Of a stretch of DNA of 64,000 nucleotides, positions 58,801 through 64,000 are shown piece by piece. This stretch comes from Scyliorhinus canicula (Eukaryota): NCBI RefSeq assembly GCF_902713615.1, contig NC_052172.1, positions 372,001 through 436,000 of the forward strand, in the 5' to 3' direction. The position numbers were made by a program, and so were the translations under genes. The notes beneath the pieces are model-generated. The model had not been told where the DNA came from and ran no database searches. It saw nothing but the letters and a program-made list of their open reading frames with translations. The stretch's first letter is position 1. Each line of letters starts with the position of its first letter.

Positions 58801-61800
58801 TGAATTTTGCGTTGTCCCAGTTGAGAGTTTTCACGTTGACAGTACTACCGGTGCGCCATCCAACCATGACGTACCATCCCCCTGTGTCCGCTACCGTCAT
58901 CGTCACCTTAAACATAATCCTGTTCTTTAACAGAATCACTACCCCCCAGGCCCTCGTCCCATGGCAGGAATGGTAAGTCTGTCCCACCCAGCCCTTCCTT
59001 AGCCACAGCCGGTCCTGCTCTCTCAGGTGTGTCTCTTAGAGGACGCCTATGTCGGCTCTCATGTTTCTTCGGTGGGTGAAGACTCTGGATCTTTTCACTG
59101 GGCCTTTAAGTCCCTTAACATTCCAGGTTACCAGGTCCCTTTTCCCATCACCTCCCCTTCCCGTCCCCCCTCTCCCATCTCCATTCCCTTCCCCTCCCCC
59201 TCTGTCCCCTTTCCCCGAGCTCTTTTTCCCCTATACTTCTCCGTCCCTGCTGTTTGTTCCCACTCCCCCTGCCAGGCACTGCCCCCCCCCCCCCCCCCCC
59301 CCCCGTTGGCAGACAGCCGCGGCCTCTATCTGCTGCATGTTCCCGGTGTTAGCTCTCCTGTTAGTGTGGTGACCCTCCTCCCGGGAGTTACTGTCGCACT
59401 GTCCTTCCACCCAATCTCTGTGGGTTCTGTATGTTCTTTCCACATCATGCCCGATACTTGGTCCTCCGCCTTTTGCCCTTGTCTGCACGTATAGGGCCAG
59501 CATCTTCCGCCTCTTCGTCAGTCAGTTGTGTTGTGGGGGGTGGAGGAGGGGTGAGGTTCTTTTCTCCCCCTGCCCCCTCCAATTGTTGGTTTGCCAATGC
59601 GCTGCCACTCTTCGCCTGGACCCCTCCCGCCTCTCCTGTGGTCACGGCCCCAGCCCGCAGTCTGTGACAAACGTATCTGCTTCAGTTGGGGCCTTAAAAA
59701 CAATATTTTTTGCCCTGGAATGTGACCCACGCCTGGCTGGATATAACATTCTTAAGTGTACGCCGCTTTCGTACAGCGCTGCTTTCGTCCTGTTAAATCC
59801 AGCTCTGCACATGGCCAGGTCAGCCCCAATGTCCTGATAAATTCGGAGTCTGTGACCTTCCCAATTGCAGTTCCTCATGTTTAAAAATAAAAATAAAAAA
59901 CCAATGAGGAGACAATAAAATGGAGTTCTGCTCCGATCGGGCTGAGAAGCCCGAACTGCCGGCACCAGTGGAGGAGCCGCCCACGATGCTGGCACTGTGT
60001 CTTCACTTACAATTCTTTAGTTGCTCACGCAATAGACCTTTTATTTCTCTTCCCCTATACTCTGGTAAGTGTCTCCTTATGCTAAGCTCGGAACTTTCCA
60101 AAATATTTCAATTGTTGCTCTTGAAGGTGTTTTTGATTGTAGTGGAGAGCCTCCACGTGTGAGCTGCCCCCTCTGAACTCAGCCCCCCTCTGTTTAGACT
60201 CATAACTCATTTTCCAAATTCCCCTCATTTCACACATTGACAGGTTTCCATATTCCCCTTGTTTTGCACACTCTCCTTGTTTTACACAGTCCTATGGTTT
60301 ACACATTATCCTGGTTAACCCACTCATCTGCTCAATATACACCCCTGTTCCACACACGACCCTGGTTTACACATTTCCAACAGTTAACACCCTCCCCATG
60401 TTTACCCACTCCTCTGTTATGCTTGGCTTTACACACTCCCCTGCTTTTACACACTCTGCAAGTTTACACATGCTTTTCTTGTCCACTCTCTCCTGCTTTT
60501 AAGCCCTCCCATGGTTCACATTCACCACAAATTCTATAAACCCCTGGTTTTAACTTCCCAGGTTTTATCCATTTCAACAAATACACACACTCATATTGTG
60601 TAATTGTCAGGTTTTCACAATCCTCTCTTAAACATATTTATACACATGGTTTTACACACACACACCTGGTATTACAGCCTCAAATTTCACATGTATTGTA
60701 CAATCACTGGGTTTGCACACTGCCCGGCTTACACGCTTCATAGGGTTTTACACAGTCCCAGTTCACAGACACCCAGTTTGCACAATCACATACTTTTTCA
60801 CACTTTCCTTATTAACACACTTGCACCCATGGCTTTGCACAATCCATTGGTTGTACACACATCCATGACTTTACACACTCCCAGTTTATGTAATTCTATT
60901 ACAGGAGAGTGAGCAAACCAGGGGAGCGAGTGAAGGGGAGCGAGAAAAGCAGGGGAGCGAGCGAACCAGGGGAGCGAGCGAACCAGGGGAGCGAGTAAAG
61001 CAGGGGAGCGAGGGAACCGGGGGAGCGAGCGAACCGGGGGAGTGTGTAAAACAGCACAGTATTTAATTCCCAGATATGCCAACAAATAGCCGTGTGTGTG
61101 AAGAACCAGAGTGTGTGAGCAGGGGTGTGTGTTAAACCAGGCAAATGTATAAACCAGGGACTGTGGAAACCAGGAGAGTGAGAAAACTAGGAATGTGCTA
61201 AACCAGGAGTGTGTGTAAAATTAGGGTAGTGAGTAAAGTAGTTGATTGTATAAATCAAATTCACTTTGAAATTGGAAATGGGTGATAATGAAGTGAATCA
61301 GTGAAATGGTAGTTTGCAGAAAGTGTGAGTTTGAGGGGCTGAGTGACAGTGTAATAACGAACAAGCTGCAGGCAATGACGGCAAATTGAATATCTCATTG
61401 GGACAAACACACAGCTACAAAGGTGATTGAATGACCCCTGGCGCAGGACACACAGTCCCCCCAACACGGACTCTATCTGAGATTCCACTCCATCTGTGAT
61501 GACAGTGAAATGGGGAATATTCCCATAGATTCTCAAAGTACTAGGGACTGATACATACAGGATAAATCTGGCACAGAGGTTTTGGCAAAGAATGAAATCT
61601 GCTGATGAAATGTCAAATTCACACTCACTACCAGTGGCAACCTCACAATGAGCTGTTGTTCGTGTATCGGACCACACCCCAACCTTTGTTTGGATACCGG
61701 ACAAGAAACTGCAAACATCTTTTTCAATTTGTAAACTGAAAATTGTACATTAACTCAATGTACAGCTCAAACGTACAGAATAAACTCTATGTACATCTCA

Positions 61801-61990
61801 AATGTACAGAATAAACTCGATGTACAGCTCAAACATACAGAATAAACATGAAGGTGACATCACATACCTGAAAAAAGGAGGTGCAGATCATAATCCACAT
61901 TCGCTTACCAAAAACACACTTGTAATAAATTTAAAACGTGACAATTACTTTTCAGAAACCAAAAGACGCAGACAATATATTCATATACTT
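52891..61990 (-). repeat. Segmental duplication copy C (inverted)
   Basis: Reverse complement of 18793-27890. Confidence 0.9.
53097..57921 (+). mobile_element. CR1 LINE, inverted paralogue of 22951-27690, with the same three nested SINEs
   Basis: ORF1 CSSC..C.KC-like zinc motif and esterase; RT 55922-56521; SINEs at 54839-55051, 56691-56879 and 57485-57840. Confidence 0.92.
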
Positions 61991-64000
61991 AGAACATAGA
62001 ACATAGAACGATACAGCGCAGTACAGGCCCTTCGGCCCTCGATGTTGCACCGACATGGAAAAAAAAACTAAAGGCCATCTAACCTACACTATGCCCTTAT
62101 CATCCATATGCTTATCCAATAAACTTTTAAATGGCCTCAATGTTGGCGAGTTCACTACTTTTGCAGGTAGGGCATTCCACGGCCTCACCACTCTTTGCGC
62201 AAAAAACCCACCTCTGACCTCTGTCCTATATCTATTACCCCTCAATTTAAGGCTATGTCTCCTCGTGCTAGCCACCCCATCCGCGGGAGAAGGCTCTCGC
62301 TGTCCACCCTATCTAACCCTCTGATCATTTTGTATGCCTCTATTAAGTCACCTCTTAACCTTCTTCTCTCTAACGAAAACAACCTCAAGTCCATCAGCCT
62401 TTCCTCATAAGATTTTCCCTCCATACCAGGCAACATCCTGGTAAATCTCCTCTGCACCCGTTCCAAAGCTTCCACGTCCTTCCTATAATGAGGCGACCAG
62501 AACTGTACGCAATACTCCAAATGCGGCCGTACTAGAGTTTTGTACAACTGCAACATGACCTCATGGCTCCGGAACTCAATCCCTCTACCAATAAAGGCCA
62601 ACACACCATAGGCCTTCTTCACAACCCTATCAACCTGGGTGGCAACTTTCAGGGATCTATGTACATGGACACCGAGATCCCTCTGCTCAACCACACTACC
62701 AAGAATTTTACCATTAGCCAAATATTCCGCATTCCTGTTATTCTTTCCAAAATGAATCACCTCACACTTCTCCACATTAAACTCCATTTGCCACCTCTCA
62801 GCCCAGCTCTGCAGCTTATCTATGTCCCTCTGTAACCTGCAACATCCTTCCACACTGTCTACAACTCCACCGACTTTAGTGTCGTCTGCAAATTTACTCA
62901 TCCATCCTTCTGCGCCCTCCTCTAGGTCATTTATAAAAATGACAAACAGCAACGGCCCCAGAACAGATCCTTGTGGTACGCCACTCGTAACTGAACTCCA
63001 TTCTGAACATTTCCCATCAACTACCACTCTCTGTCTTCTTTCAACTAGCCAATTTCTGATCCACATCTCTAAATCACCCTTAATCCCCAGCCTCCGTATT
63101 TTCTGCAATAGCCGACCGTGGGGAACCTTATCAAACGCTTTACTGAAATCCATATACACCACATCAACTGCTCTACCCTCGTCTACCTGTTCAGTCACCT
63201 TCTCAAAGAACACGATAAGGTTTGTGAGGCATGACCTACCCTTCACAAAACCATGCTGACTATCCCTAATCATATTATTCCTATCTAGATGATTATAAAT
63301 CGTATCTTTTATAATCCTCTCCAAGACCTTACCCACCACAGACGTTAGGCTCACCGGCCTATAGTTACCGGGGTTATCTCTACTCCCCTTCTTGAACAAA
63401 GGGACCACATTTGCTATCCTCCAGTCCTCTGGCACTATTCCTGTAGCCAATGATGACCTAAAAATCAAAGCCAAAGGCTCAGCAATCTCTTCCCTGGCTT
63501 CCCAGAGAATCCTAGGAAAAATCCCATCTGGCCCCGGGGACTTATCTATTTTCACCTTGTCCAGAATTGCCAACACTTCTTCCCTACGCACCTCAATGCT
63601 ATCTATTCTAATAGCCTGGGTCTCAGCATTCTCCTCCACAATATTATCTTTTTCTTGAGTGAATACTGACGAAAAGTATTCATTTAGTATCTCGCTTATG
63701 TCCTCAGCCTCCAAACACAACTTCCCACCACTGTCCATGACTGGCCCTACTCTTACCCTAGTCATTCTTTTATTCCTGACATACCTATAGAAAGCTTTTG
63801 GGTTTTCCTTGATCCTACCTGCCAAAGACTTCTCATGTCCCCTCCTTGCTCGTCTCAGCTCTCTCTTTAAATCCTTCCTCGCTTCCTTGTAACTATCAAG
63901 CGTCCCAACTGAAACTTCATGCCTCATCTTCACATAGGCCTCCTTCCTCCTCTTAACAAGAGATTCCACTTCTTTGGTAAACCACGGTTCCCTTGCTCGA
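61990..64000 (-). mobile_element. Young CR1 LINE running off the window edge
   Basis: 575-aa open RT ORF (62242-63969) with one frameshift near its 3' end; (TTCTATG)n tail; related to 2941-4408. Confidence 0.95.

Noticed and set aside
62242-63969. Domesticated reverse transcriptase gene
   Set aside because: Ordinary CR1 ORF2 with a frameshift and an intact retrotransposon tail

Overview
Eukaryotic (vertebrate) DNA, most likely a shark/catshark, inferred from HE1/V-domain SINEs, abundant CR1 LINEs and MADEKK-type H2B. The window is part of a dispersed replication-dependent histone cluster: H4(+), H2A(-), H2B(-) ... H1(+), H3(+), H2A(-), H2B(-), plus a truncated H2B pseudogene. All seven intact genes carry a 3' stem-loop. 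The genes sit in nested retroelements (CR1, L1, Tx1, Rex-Babar, Penelope-like, two SINE families) and several satellite arrays. One segment is present three times: A (13.5-27.9 kb), B (40.4-50.5 kb, direct) and C (52.9-62.0 kb, inverted). Most notable observations: (1) hammerhead-ribozyme motifs in Penelope-derived terminal repeats and a 70-bp hairpin; (2) a duplicated NRF1/Sp1 promoter with two conserved non-coding exons; (3) a tRNA-derived SINE whose 3' tail matches the Rex-Babar LINE; (4) a SINE-in-LINE composite that appears to have moved as a unit; (5) a CR1 bridging the B/C inversion junction; (6) H2A variants lacking T120. No prokaryotic system or CRISPR array is present. Repeat boundaries and identities were read by eye and are approximate.
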